A stretch of 64,000 bases of DNA from an uncultured bacterium. Its GTDB lineage: Bacteria; Actinomycetota; Acidimicrobiia; Spongiisociales; UBA5794. The stretch lies in contig CAWDDT010000013.1 of NCBI GenBank assembly GCA_963801165.1, positions 160,001 to 224,000 on the forward strand. Reading direction: 5' to 3'. Under the pieces are notes generated by a model that saw only the letters and a list, made by a program, of their open reading frames with translations, was not told the DNA's origin and did not search any database. Of this stretch, positions 8,039 to 17,126 are shown in pieces. Every line of letters begins with the position of its first letter. Position 1 is the stretch's first letter. A program made the translations under genes and the position numbers.

Positions 8039-8740
8039 ATGAACACTGGACTGGTCGCCGTCCTATCGGCCGCAGCAATCACTGCCGCTCTCGTACAGCA
8101 AACACTTCCGTGAGGCGTCAACCTGGCACAAGACACCAGGTTTCCCGAAGGTCTTCGGGGCAGAGCCAAACCAAGACTCATTGCCAGCAGCTGGCACCTC
8201 ATCTTGCTGGGCGCTACCAGCGCACTGGCAGGCGCCGCGATAGGGCTTGGTCTCGGGGCTCTCAGCTCTGTGCTCAATCTGCCTCAACAGGGTTCCGTCG
8301 TTGCAGCTGCGACCCTCGGGATGGTGCTTGGCGGTCGAGAAGTGGCTGGTGCCAGTCTGAATCTGTGGCAGATCGACCGCGAAACACCGCGAGTTTGGGC
8401 AGAACGATCTCCGTTCTCCTGGGCAGTGAGAACGGGAACCCTCATCGGAACAGGGTTCGTCACCCGTATCGGCTACACCGTGTTCTACGTGGCTCCGATC
8501 GGTATCCTTCTTGCAGCAGACTCAATCAGCGGGGCAATCATCCTGGGAGCATACGGTGCCACAAGAGGCTTCTCGTCCCTGGTGCTCAACCGCCGCCTGG
8601 CCCTGGATGCCGGATTCGATACGCTAATGATGATTCTTTTCGGGTTGAGGACTAGAGCTCGGGTCCTCTCTGGAGTGGCGACGACACTCGTTTCCCTCAC
8701 AGGGCTGGCGTGGGCGCTCGTCTCAGCCGCCCAAGCCTAG
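8039..8740 (+). CDS. MauF/CcdA-like membrane protein with in-frame TGA at 8111 (candidate selenocysteine; alternatively a nonsense pseudogene)
   Basis: GGAG at 8031, ATG at 8039, MNTGLVAVLSAAAITAALVQQTLP-TGA-GVNL..., in frame with ORF 8204-8740 ('WQIDRETPRVW...GTLIGTGFVTRI', MauF-like). Confidence 0.75.
8114..8160 (+). promoter_or_regulatory. Candidate bacterial SECIS region (two hairpins after the in-frame TGA)
   Basis: AACCTGG(8120-26)/CCAGGTT(8136-42) stem with a 9-nt loop, and CCCGAA(8144-49)/TTCGGG(8154-59) stem with a GGTC loop. Confidence 0.4.
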
Positions 8741-9118
8741 AAACCAGGGGATCCCTTTGGTGTTCGTTGCGCACCCAAGCCCGACGTTGACGGCGAACCG
8801 GTCTTGTTTGGGCCTGTGAGCGTCGTCGTAGACGCGACCGGATCCTCGGTAGCAGGTTCGATTGTTCACAATCTGGGCGACAACGTGGGGACCGTGTACC
8901 ACAATAATCCGGAGCGAGCGAGGTCTCGGAGCGCTCCATTCCGTTTGGGAGGAGGGCCGAGCATCGCCAAACATAGTTGTGCGCTCAAGGAGTCGGATCG
9001 GTCAACGGTGCCCTAGATCACCTACCGCCCCGCACGTTATCGCACCAGCGTCCGGCAACCGGCAGTCGGCGCTGGCAAGACAGTGTCTGGATCGGGCTAG
9101 GCGTGGAGTGCCCGTATG

Positions 9119-11866
9119 TCAGCGGCCGATGTCGGGGATGTGCCGGGTCCAGGCGTGCTCGGTGATGTGGCGTTGCCTGGCGGTTTCGATGCTCTGGTTA
9201 ATCTGCTGCCAAATGCGGTTGTCGTCGGGGCTGAGATCCGGCTTGTCGTCGTGGTCGGTTGGGTGCGTTGCTTCTTGCTGATCGCCTCCGAGCTGGCTGT
9301 GTCCGAGCGAGGGGTTCAACACCCTGTCGGCTTCGAGGCGCGTTCGTTGGGTGATGGCGGGCTCGTCGATCCAATCCCGGATGATGGCTTGGGTGAGGAT
9401 ATCGGCTGCCGTTTCGCCTTCGTTGGTGACGACGTAGGCGTGGTTGGAGCTTCGGCCGCGGGTCAGCGGCGTGTAGAGACCGCGGCCGTCGACGGGGCCG
9501 TCAACGAGGAGGAGACCGGTGTCGACGGTGCGGCCTTGGGTGGCATGGCTGGTCTGCGCATAGCCAAGCTCGAGATCCTCAGCGGCGTAGTCGGCGGGAA
9601 GACGCACCCTGCCCGAGCGTCCGGTGACGGTGACGGCGCCGTCGGTGTGGATAGCTTCGATCGTCCAGTGGTCCCGGTTCTTGACCATGGCGCCGCGGTC
9701 GGTGCGCAGGGTGCGCTGGTTACGGCGGGTAACCACCTCGTCGCCGACGAGCAGCCGCTCACGGGCAACGTCGAGGGCCGGCCCGTCCGGGTCGAGCTCA
9801 CCGGCGTCGATGCGTCTCTGTTGGGCATGCTGGTTGAGCCGGTTGACGGTGTGGTTGGTGTTGGCCATCAACGCCACCGACTCGCCCCGCCGCCGCGCCT
9901 GATACCAGGCGTCGACGACGGCGGCCTCCATCTCGTTGGGGGTGCCGTCGTGGAGGCGACCGTGACGCTGATACTCGCCGAGCACGCCGATGTCGCCTTG
10001 GCGGAGACGCCGGGTGGCGTCGGCTTCCCAGTCGTGGGTGAAGCGGTGGATGTGGTCAAGTTCGATGGCACCACAGGTGTCGATGAGGTGGGCGAACATG
10101 CCGCCCCGACCAACAGCGGAGAACTGGCGGGGATCACCCACCATCACCACCCGCCATCCTTTCACGTCGGCGAGATCGACGAATGCCGCGAGTTTCGGGG
10201 TGGAGACGGTGCCGGCTTCATCAACGATCACCGTCGAACCCCGCGGCAAATCGTATCCCGGTTGTGGTGGCCGGTCGGGCCGGGAGTGTTCGTAGAGGAG
10301 CTTGTCCAGCGTGTCGGCCATCATGGTGGTTTCTGCGGCGAGCACCTCGGCGGCCGCTGCGGTGGCTGCCACCCCGAACACCGTCTGGCCGCGGTGCTGT
10401 AGGTAGGCGACGGCGGGGGTGAGGGCGACGGTCTTGCCGGATCCGGCGGGTCCGACGATCAGCTCCAACGGTACGCTACCGGCTACTGCCCGACACGCTT
10501 CGGACTGGCCCACACTCAAACCGGCCGTATCGAGACCCCGACGTGGGGTGTTGATGATGTCGGCGAAACGGCGCAGGCGTTGAGCCCATTCCACGATCCG
10601 TTCCTCCTCCTCAAGAATCGCTCCGGTGGTGAGGGCCCGGTCGACGGCGGCTTCGGCGATGGGGCGCCCATCACGGCGCAACACGGCACCAGACGGCACG
10701 GGTGGGGACAGGTCGACACAGCGGTCCGCCGCAACACGGTTGGCGAGGTCCTGCAGGAAGCTGCACAGACGATCCGGTTCGACGGTGACATTGGTGGGGA
10801 CCTGGGCGGCGAGCTCACGGACCAGCTCGGCGGGACGCCACGTCGACTGCCGCTCCCCCAAAGCCTCCAACGCCCCCTCCACCATCCCTGTCATTGTCGC
10901 CTGGTCGATGCCCGCCGCCCGACGGACCCGACCCACCGCGCCCACGGCGATGTCGTGTGGCTCGAAACCGCGAGCGGCCGCCCGCATCCGCCACCCGGCA
11001 TGCAACTCGCCCGCAGCGTGATCGTGAGTCTTAGCGGGGCGACTATCGAGCACGGCTTCGCGTTCCAAGCGCCACCGCTCCCGTCCAGTCGGTTCCCGCC
11101 CGAGGTCGCTGCGGAACCGAACCAGTTTTCCGCCAACCCGCTGCTCGACGTCATGGCTGCGTTGGGAGAACTCGGCCAGTATCTCCGCATCGACACCGAC
11201 CATCTCGGCAATCCCATTGTCAGGTTGGTGCCATCGGACACCGAGGCGGCGGGTCAGCTCGGCCCGTAGCCCGGCGTGATACAACCCCGACAGGGTCCGC
11301 TGATCCATCTTGATGGTGCGGGCATCGAGCGCCAACCACCGTCCGTCCGGAGCCTTGACTCTGTTGGCGATCACCGCATGGGTATGCAGCTGCGGGTCGA
11401 GGCGACGGCTGGTGTGCTGACGAAACACCCCCACCACGATCCCTTCGGCGTCAACACACATCACATGACCCCGCCGCCGCATCCTCGTGTGCGCTTGGGA
11501 CTCGACCCAACCCAACACCGCGTCGACCGCCTGGCCATGCGCCTCGGTCACCTGTGCCCTGAGGTGTTCGTCGCCCATGGCGAACAGCACCGACACCGAC
11601 TTCGGCGCCGAAAAGGTCGCATCGAACCCCCGCACCGAGTCATCCCCGAAGCGGCGACCCAACCGCTCCCCCGTCGTCGGATGCAATCCGGCCATCACCG
11701 CCAGAAACGCCTCATCCTCGACCACACCATCCAGACCCAACTCGGCGGCGCCGTATCCGAACCAGCGACCCGGCGGCTCACCACTGTCGAGGTAGTACGA
11801 CGGGAGCTGCTCGGTGTAATAGCGACCCGCCTCGGCACCTTTCAACGTCGTCACCCGCACCGTCAC
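9119..11866 (-). CDS. mobF: MobF (TrwC-like) relaxase-helicase
   Basis: N-terminal YY motifs, 'FDATFSAPKSVS', HUH 'HTSRRLDPQLHTH', Walker A 'GPAGSGKT', 'DEAG', 'GYAQTSHATQGRTVD'. Confidence 0.95.
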   Translation of the reverse strand: MTVRVTTLKGAEAGRYYTEQLPSYYLDSGEPPGRWFGYGAAELGLDGVVEDEAFLAVMAGLHPTTGERLGRRFGDDSVRGFDATFSAPKSVSVLFAMGDEHLRAQVTEAHGQAVDAVLGWVESQAHTRMRRRGHVMCVDAEGIVVGVFRQHTSRRLDPQLHTHAVIANRVKAPDGRWLALDARTIKMDQRTLSGLYHAGLRAELTRRLGVRWHQPDNGIAEMVGVDAEILAEFSQRSHDVEQRVGGKLVRFRSDLGREPTGRERWRLEREAVLDSRPAKTHDHAAGELHAGWRMRAAARGFEPHDIAVGAVGRVRRAAGIDQATMTGMVEGALEALGERQSTWRPAELVRELAAQVPTNVTVEPDRLCSFLQDLANRVAADRCVDLSPPVPSGAVLRRDGRPIAEAAVDRALTTGAILEEEERIVEWAQRLRRFADIINTPRRGLDTAGLSVGQSEACRAVAGSVPLELIVGPAGSGKTVALTPAVAYLQHRGQTVFGVAATAAAAEVLAAETTMMADTLDKLLYEHSRPDRPPQPGYDLPRGSTVIVDEAGTVSTPKLAAFVDLADVKGWRVVMVGDPRQFSAVGRGGMFAHLIDTCGAIELDHIHRFTHDWEADATRRLRQGDIGVLGEYQRHGRLHDGTPNEMEAAVVDAWYQARRRGESVALMANTNHTVNRLNQHAQQRRIDAGELDPDGPALDVARERLLVGDEVVTRRNQRTLRTDRGAMVKNRDHWTIEAIHTDGAVTVTGRSGRVRLPADYAAEDLELGYAQTSHATQGRTVDTGLLLVDGPVDGRGLYTPLTRGRSSNHAYVVTNEGETAADILTQAIIRDWIDEPAITQRTRLEADRVLNPSLGHSQLGGDQQEATHPTDHDDKPDLSPDDNRIWQQINQSIETARQRHITEHAWTRHIPDIGR

Positions 11867-11962
11867 CCTGCCACCCCCACCCTGTCACGGCAGGTGTGCA
11901 CTCGTCTGTTGCTCTTGGGCCGGTGCAGGAGGTGCGTGGACGTGGGCATCGGTACTCCGCTC

Positions 11963-12367
11963 TCAGTCGGCGGTGGCTACTCGGTCGAAGAGATCGAGTT
12001 GGTCGGTAGTAGCGCGTTGGCGAGTTCGCGACCGTCGGCTGGTGGTTGTGACGGTTGCAGGATCGGGGTTGGCGGGAAGTTCTGGACCCATCGCCGCTCG
12101 GGCCTGCGGCGTCCCCGTGGACTCCGGGTCGTCGTTGCTGCTGGAGACGTCCACGCTCGACAGGTCGGCACCGATCATCTCCTCGAGGGCTGAGCGTGGC
12201 ACCCGCAACACGTGACCGAGATCGACTACCGGCAGCCCGGAGTGACCGCCGGTCTCCCGCCACTCCCGCGCCATGGCATACGCCTTGGTGCGCCCGATCC
12301 GCAACAGCTCTCCGGCCTCTTCGACCGTCAGCAGCAACGGAATCGGTACCCCATTCACAATATACAA
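11963..12367 (-). CDS. Excisionase-like HTH DNA-binding protein
   Basis: 'PLLLTVEEAGELLRIGRTKAY...LPVVDLGHVLRVPRSALEE' (HTH_17/Xis pattern); divergent from the XRE regulator. Confidence 0.85.
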   Translation of the reverse strand: MYIVNGVPIPLLLTVEEAGELLRIGRTKAYAMAREWRETGGHSGLPVVDLGHVLRVPRSALEEMIGADLSSVDVSSSNDDPESTGTPQARAAMGPELPANPDPATVTTTSRRSRTRQRATTDQLDLFDRVATAD

Positions 12368-12417
12368 CCTTTGCAGGCACTACTCATAGACAGTATGATA
12401 GCAGCGTGCTCACACAT

Positions 12418-12447
12418 TTCACACACAAGCGTCATGTTGTGTACGAT
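12418..12447 (+). promoter_or_regulatory. Putative promoter for a leaderless xre-int transcript
   Basis: TTCACA-18 bp-TACGAT ending 6 nt before ATG 12454. Confidence 0.35.
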
Positions 12448-12453
12448 ACGGAG

Positions 12454-13197
12454 ATGCCCGCACATCCAGATCCACCACCCAGCGGCGAGGTCGACCTCAA
12501 CCAGATCGTCGCCTACAACCTGCGCGAAGCCCGCCAACTACGCGGATGGACCCAAGAAGGGCTCGCCGACCGGCTCGAGCCCTACCTCGGCCAACGCCTC
12601 ACCCAGGCCGGCATCTCCTCGATGGAAAGGGCCTGGGACGGAGACCGCCGACGAGAGTTCGACGCACACGAACTGCTGATCTTCGCCATGGTGTTCGACC
12701 TCCCCATGCTCTACTTCCTACTCCCCCCACCCGGCGACCGCCGCCGCCTTCAAGCCACCAGCGCCCAAGTCAACCATCTGTACGCCTGGCTCCTCGGCCG
12801 GCACGGACAGGTTGAACCGGTGTACGAACGGCTCCGCCAGCTCGGCATCACCGACCCCACCGCAGCCGAAGAGACCGTCGAGAAGATCACCGGGATCCCC
12901 GGCGCAGCAAAGCAGTGGAGCTACCGGGAACGGCGCAAGGAGCTGCTCCTCGCCATCCTCAACGAGCACGCCGACGACTTCGACAAGAACATCGAAGAAC
13001 TGGGACGCATCGTCGACCACCTCCGCCAGGTCGGCATCCGCGGCTTCGTCGCCGAACACACCCACGACGAAGACTTCACCTACCGAGAAGGCCACCCACC
13101 ACGGACGGTACGTCAGGACCCTCTCGTTAGCCGTGAGAACGAGGCAGCACGAGACGACTCAAGCGATGAGAGGGCGACACCGGGAGGTAGGCCGTGA
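12454..13197 (+). CDS. XRE-family HTH regulator of the element
   Basis: 'NQIVAYNLREARQLRGWTQEGLADRL...TQAGISSMER'; stop overlaps the integrase start. Confidence 0.85.
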   Translation: MPAHPDPPPSGEVDLNQIVAYNLREARQLRGWTQEGLADRLEPYLGQRLTQAGISSMERAWDGDRRREFDAHELLIFAMVFDLPMLYFLLPPPGDRRRLQATSAQVNHLYAWLLGRHGQVEPVYERLRQLGITDPTAAEETVEKITGIPGAAKQWSYRERRKELLLAILNEHADDFDKNIEELGRIVDHLRQVGIRGFVAEHTHDEDFTYREGHPPRTVRQDPLVSRENEAARDDSSDERATPGGRP

Positions 13198-14393
13198 GGC
13201 GTCGAGGGCACATCGCCCGGAAGGGCCGGAAGTTCTACGCAGTCGTCGACCTTGGGCGCGACGAGCTGAGCCGCAGGCGCCGTCGGCGATGGTCACGCGG
13301 GTTCGAGACGGAGAGCGAGGCCGACGCCGAGCTCGTCCGGCTCCTCCACTCCCTCGACCAAGGCGACTCGATCGAGCGAACCAAGCTCACCGTCGAGCGG
13401 TACCTCTTGGAGCGGTGGCTCCCCATTGCCGAAGGAAACCTGGCGGTTACCACGCAGAAGGAGTACCGGGTGACCGTGACGGCGTACGTCGTCCCTCACA
13501 TCGGGCATCTTCGGCTCAATCGAGTCGATGCCACAACGATCGACCGACTGTACGTGAAACTGCGCAGGGAGGGTGGCCGCGATGGTCGCCCGCTGTCCGC
13601 CAAGACGGTCCGGAACATCCATGGTGTGCTGTCGGCGGCGTTCGGGTTCGCCGTCAAGAAAGGCCTGCTCACCCGCAACCCGGTGGCGCTCGCCGAAACA
13701 CCGGACGCGGGGCGACCCGACACGGCTCCACCGTGGACCGCCCAAGAGCTTCGGTCCTTCATCAACCACGTCGACGGTGACCGCCTGGAAGCGCTGTGGT
13801 GGATGATCCCGTTCACCGGGATGCGCCGCTCCGAGGCGCTTGGCCTCGCCTGGGACGACGTGGATCTCGACCGCGGGACGATCGCCGTGACCCATACGGT
13901 CGTGGACGCCGACGGTGGACCAGTAAGGCGCCGCGACACCAAGACGCGGCAAAGCCGACGCCCGATCTCGCTCGACGTCGACACGCTGGGAAAGGTCCGC
14001 GAGCATCGCCGCCGTCAGCTCGAGGAGCGGATGTTCGTAGGCGCCGGCTACAACGACATCGGTCTCGTGTTCTGCCGCCCCGACGGGTCGACGCTGCGTC
14101 CCGATTGGGTATCACGACGCTTCGCAAGGATCAGAGACGAGGCCGGTCTACGGCGAATCACCCTTCGCGATCTCCGTCACGTATGGGCGACACTCGCCCT
14201 GGAGTCAGGCATCCACCCCAAAGTCGTCCAGGAACGGCTCGGCCACTCCTCGATCGCCATGACAATGGACCAGTACTCACACGTCATCGAAGGTCTCGAC
14301 CGCCAAGCAGCGGCCACGGTGGCCGACCTGGTGCTCCGACCTTCTACCCAGACTTCTACCCAACCCCCCGCCATCGGACGCGATCAGGCATAA
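13194..14393 (+). CDS. int: Tyrosine recombinase/integrase
   Basis: Arm-binding N-terminus; 'TGMRRSEALGLAW', 'RDLRH', 'VQERLGHSSIAMTMDQYSH'; adjacent to attR. Confidence 0.96.
   Translation: MRRRGHIARKGRKFYAVVDLGRDELSRRRRRRWSRGFETESEADAELVRLLHSLDQGDSIERTKLTVERYLLERWLPIAEGNLAVTTQKEYRVTVTAYVVPHIGHLRLNRVDATTIDRLYVKLRREGGRDGRPLSAKTVRNIHGVLSAAFGFAVKKGLLTRNPVALAETPDAGRPDTAPPWTAQELRSFINHVDGDRLEALWWMIPFTGMRRSEALGLAWDDVDLDRGTIAVTHTVVDADGGPVRRRDTKTRQSRRPISLDVDTLGKVREHRRRQLEERMFVGAGYNDIGLVFCRPDGSTLRPDWVSRRFARIRDEAGLRRITLRDLRHVWATLALESGIHPKVVQERLGHSSIAMTMDQYSHVIEGLDRQAAATVADLVLRPSTQTSTQPPAIGRDQA
14342..14361 (+). repeat. Putative integrase arm-type binding sites, right arm
   Basis: TTCTACCCAGACTTCTACCC, matching 2030-2049. 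Confidence 0.7.
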
Positions 14394-14476
14394 CGCGTTG
14401 ACATACGCTTCCGAGCAAACCCTTGCCGTGCAATGCTTCTCGACAGTGGACAACACCCGGCGGGATGAAGCGTCCT

Positions 14477-14531
14477 AGGTTTAGGTCCTGGTGAGCAATG
14501 CTCGTGGGGGTTCGAGTCCCTTCGCCCGCAC
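14477..14531 (+). repeat. attR (displaced 3' half of tRNA-Leu)
   Basis: Anticodon loop to acceptor stem duplicated; variable arm GAGC-AAT-GCTC instead of GGGC-GAAA-GCCC; no 5' half. Confidence 0.92.
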
Positions 14532-14546
14532 CTACTCGGCCGGCAC

Positions 14547-14996
14547 CTATTCGATGGGGTCGTTCAGCAACGTCGCCAGGATGTGCTCGTCGTCGCCGGC
14601 GAGCAGAAGCCGGTACACCCAGCCCCAGAGCCGCTGATGCTCGGCGCCAAAACGCAGTGTCCGCTCCCACTCCTCGACATATGCGAGCGAACTGCTGAGC
14701 AGATCATCGAGCGCATGGGCTAGGGAATCACCGACACCGGAGATCGGCGGCCCGAATACCAGCGAGACCTCGACCTGGACATGTGTCTTGTCACCCGCTG
14801 GAGCCATTGTGGCCCGGAAAGGAAACAGCTCCTCGAGCCGTGACTCGAGCTCGGTGCGGGTGTCGACCTCGAACGGCTCGGTGCTGACCGGGGAGGCGTC
14901 GCAGTGGAACTCGATCGGCCGGTGATGGGCGAGCACATCGAGCACGGCGCCGATGTCGGGTTGGGGGATGTGTGGCTTGACCGCTAGGAGTGTCAT
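14547..14996 (-). CDS. Hypothetical protein, HicB-like antitoxin-like fold
   Basis: 'ISGVGDSLAHALDDLL...YVEEWE...H..LWGWV' resembles actinobacterial HicB-type antitoxins; no toxin partner seen. Confidence 0.5.
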   Translation of the reverse strand: MTLLAVKPHIPQPDIGAVLDVLAHHRPIEFHCDASPVSTEPFEVDTRTELESRLEELFPFRATMAPAGDKTHVQVEVSLVFGPPISGVGDSLAHALDDLLSSSLAYVEEWERTLRFGAEHQRLWGWVYRLLLAGDDEHILATLLNDPIE

Positions 14997-15349
14997 CAGG
15001 ATTGTCCTTGGTCACGGCCGGGTTGTCCGGTGAACCGACCATCTTGATACTTCTGTCGGCGTGCTCGGCGATGACTTGAGGAACCATGCCTACGGTGACC
15101 GATCCCGGGCCACGTGCGGGGAGAATTGAACGAGGCGCGCAATCACCCAGGGGCGAATGGCATTGGCACCATCCACCCCTGGGTGATCAGTTCATCGCCG
15201 CTTGGACGCACTCTCGACATCGGGAAGCTGGTAGTCAACACAGATACACTTCGGCACCGTGCACCCTCGCTCCAACTTGTGCTCGACCCGCGGATGTCCG
15301 CAGCCGGCGCAACGTTGTCGCCCACCATCGGCTGGTCGAGAGTGGTTAC

Positions 15350-15606
15350 TCACCGGGAACGCTCTTTGGCCTGGTTCACCTTGAGATCGCGGCCGTCGAC
15401 GTTGCGACCGTTGAGCGCACCGATAGCCGCCGCGGCGTCATCGGCAGAAGCCATTTCGACGAACCCGAATCCGCGTGCGAGCGGCCGGTGTCGCGATCGG
15501 TGATCACATGGGCATCGGTCACTTCACCGTGCTCAGCGAAGAGAGCTTCCAGGTCGGATGATTTGGTAGAGAACGCGAGGTTCCCCACATAGATGTTGGT
15601 AGACAC
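15350..15606 (-). pseudogene. RRM RNA-binding protein, frameshifted (or sequencing error)
   Basis: AAAGGAG RBS, GTG start; RNP2 'IYVGNL', 'ITDRDTGRS' / frameshift at ~15477 / 'RGFGFVEM...ALNGRNVDGRDLKVNQAKERSR*'; 257 nt, not a multiple of 3. Confidence 0.85.
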
Positions 15607-15831
15607 GACAATGCTCCTTTGAGCCTCAAACCGTCGAATAGGGGCTGACCGCCCGCACTGATCCGCGGCCGAGACCGGTACGTAGCACCGGCGAAAAAGT
15701 CGCACTGTCCTGCGGTGACCTCACCCTGACGGAAACTAGAAAGGCGAGGTCGGCGTTGCACGCCTTGTGCGTGCTCACCACCAAGCGTAGCGCGATTTCG
15801 TTGATGACGACATCCGTTTCTCATCCAGCCG

Positions 15832-16413
15832 TCAGCCGCGGGCGACTAGATGGGCCAGCGCTCGCAACGCCCGGGCCCGATGAGAGGTCTCGTTCTTGTC
15901 TGCGGTGGCCATCTCGGCAAAGGTCTGATCACCGACGAGAAACACCGGGTCGTAGCCGAACCCGTTGTTCCCCCGGCGCTCATTGGTGATCTCGCCTTCC
16001 ATGACACCATCGACGATGACCTCCTCACCCGTCTCGTCGATCACCGCCATGACAGTGCGGAAACGGGCCGATCGGTTGGTGACCCCATCCATCTCGGCCA
16101 GCAGCTTCGTGACGTTGTCGTCGTAGGTGGCGTTCGCACCGGCGTAGCGGGCCGCAAAGACACCAGGCGCGCCTCCGAGCGCGTCCACCTCGAGACCCGT
16201 GTCATCTGCGATCACCGCATACCCGGTGTGGGCTCGGACCGCTCTGGCCTTGAGCATCGCATTCCCCTCCAGGGTCGTCTCGGTCTCCTCGACGTCGGGC
16301 CACTCGGCGTTCTCGACCAGCTCGAAGTCGAGCCCGGTGCCCACCAACACGTCGCGGATCTCGGCGATCTTGTGTGGGTTCTTCGACGCGATGACCACAT
16401 GGGACAGCTTCAT
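15832..16413 (-). CDS. rdgB: Non-canonical purine NTP pyrophosphatase (Ham1 family)
   Basis: '[10 protein letters not shown]', '[22 protein letters not shown]', 'GFGYDPVF', 'SHRARA'. Confidence 0.96.
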   Translation of the reverse strand: MKLSHVVIASKNPHKIAEIRDVLVGTGLDFELVENAEWPDVEETETTLEGNAMLKARAVRAHTGYAVIADDTGLEVDALGGAPGVFAARYAGANATYDDNVTKLLAEMDGVTNRSARFRTVMAVIDETGEEVIVDGVMEGEITNERRGNNGFGYDPVFLVGDQTFAEMATADKNETSHRARALRALAHLVARG

Positions 16414-17114
16414 GACGCCCGGGCTGCCTTCTGGTACTGCACGAGCTCCGCGATGCCGCCTGCCGCCAGATCGAGCATTCGGTCCAGCTCGGCGCGGTCG
16501 AATGCGACCCCCTCGGCCGTACCCTGAACCTCGACGAACTTGCCGTCACCCGTCATGACGACATTGCAATCGGTGTCGGCGGCGACGTCCTCGGTGTACT
16601 CGAGGTCGAGCAGCACCTCCCCATCGAGCACGCCAACCGAGACCGCGGCAATGTGGCGTGCGATCGGCGACTTCTCCCAAACGCCCTGATCGACCATCTT
16701 GTCGAACGCATCCGCCAGCGCCACCCAGGCACCCGTGATCGAAGCGGTACGCGTCCCCCCGTCGGCTTGGAGCACATCACAGTCGATCCGGGCCATGACC
16801 TCGCCCATGGCCTCCTCGTCGATTGCCGCCCGCAGCGACCGGCCGATCAGCCGCTGTATCTCCTTCGTCCTTCCCCCGCTGATCGACTGGCGCGAAACCC
16901 GTTCCCTTGTGGAGCCGGGGAGCATCGAGTATTCGGCAGTGACCCATCCCTTCCCGGTACCGCGCATCCACGGCGGAACCTCGCGTTCAATCGACACTGT
17001 GCACAGAACCCGGGTCCTCCCCATCTCGACGAGCACAGACCCGGGGGTCATTTCCGTGTAGCCCCTGTGTAGCTTCACAGGACGTAGCTCGGCGGCTTTG
17101 CGGCCTTCTCTCAT
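16410..17114 (-). CDS. rph: Ribonuclease PH
   Basis: '[11 protein letters not shown]', '[11 protein letters not shown]', '[18 protein letters not shown]'. Confidence 0.97.
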   Translation of the reverse strand: MREGRKAAELRPVKLHRGYTEMTPGSVLVEMGRTRVLCTVSIEREVPPWMRGTGKGWVTAEYSMLPGSTRERVSRQSISGGRTKEIQRLIGRSLRAAIDEEAMGEVMARIDCDVLQADGGTRTASITGAWVALADAFDKMVDQGVWEKSPIARHIAAVSVGVLDGEVLLDLEYTEDVAADTDCNVVMTGDGKFVEVQGTAEGVAFDRAELDRMLDLAAGGIAELVQYQKAARAS

Positions 17115-17126
17115 TTCAACCTCTCG

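Larger units (their letters stand above)
1900..14531. mobile_element. Integrative mobilizable element (~12.6 kb) inserted in tRNA-Leu(TAG)
   Basis: Bounded by duplicated tRNA-Leu 3' halves (1900-1955 and 14477-14531); carries tyrosine integrase, XRE regulator, excisionase and MobF relaxase; no T4SS or coupling protein. Confidence 0.92.

Noticed and set aside
7984-8655. 223-aa + strand ORF
   Set aside because: Arg/Ser-rich shadow frame overlapping the MauF-like gene
5781-8740. Canonical methylamine dehydrogenase (mau) operon
   Set aside because: No MauG di-heme protein, amicyanin or clear MauB in the operon; the Cys-rich protein is much shorter than MauA
8204-8740. 178-aa ORF starting at TTG 8204 as the full gene
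   Set aside because: No evident RBS, and it would omit the N-terminal helix and Cys/Sec site found in frame from ATG 8039
14461-14531. Second tRNA-Leu gene
   Set aside because: Only the anticodon loop to the 3' end is present; the 5' acceptor strand and D-arm are absent, so it is attR
1900-14531. Prophage or self-transmissible ICE
   Set aside because: No capsid, terminase, tail, coupling protein or T4SS/FtsK translocase genes
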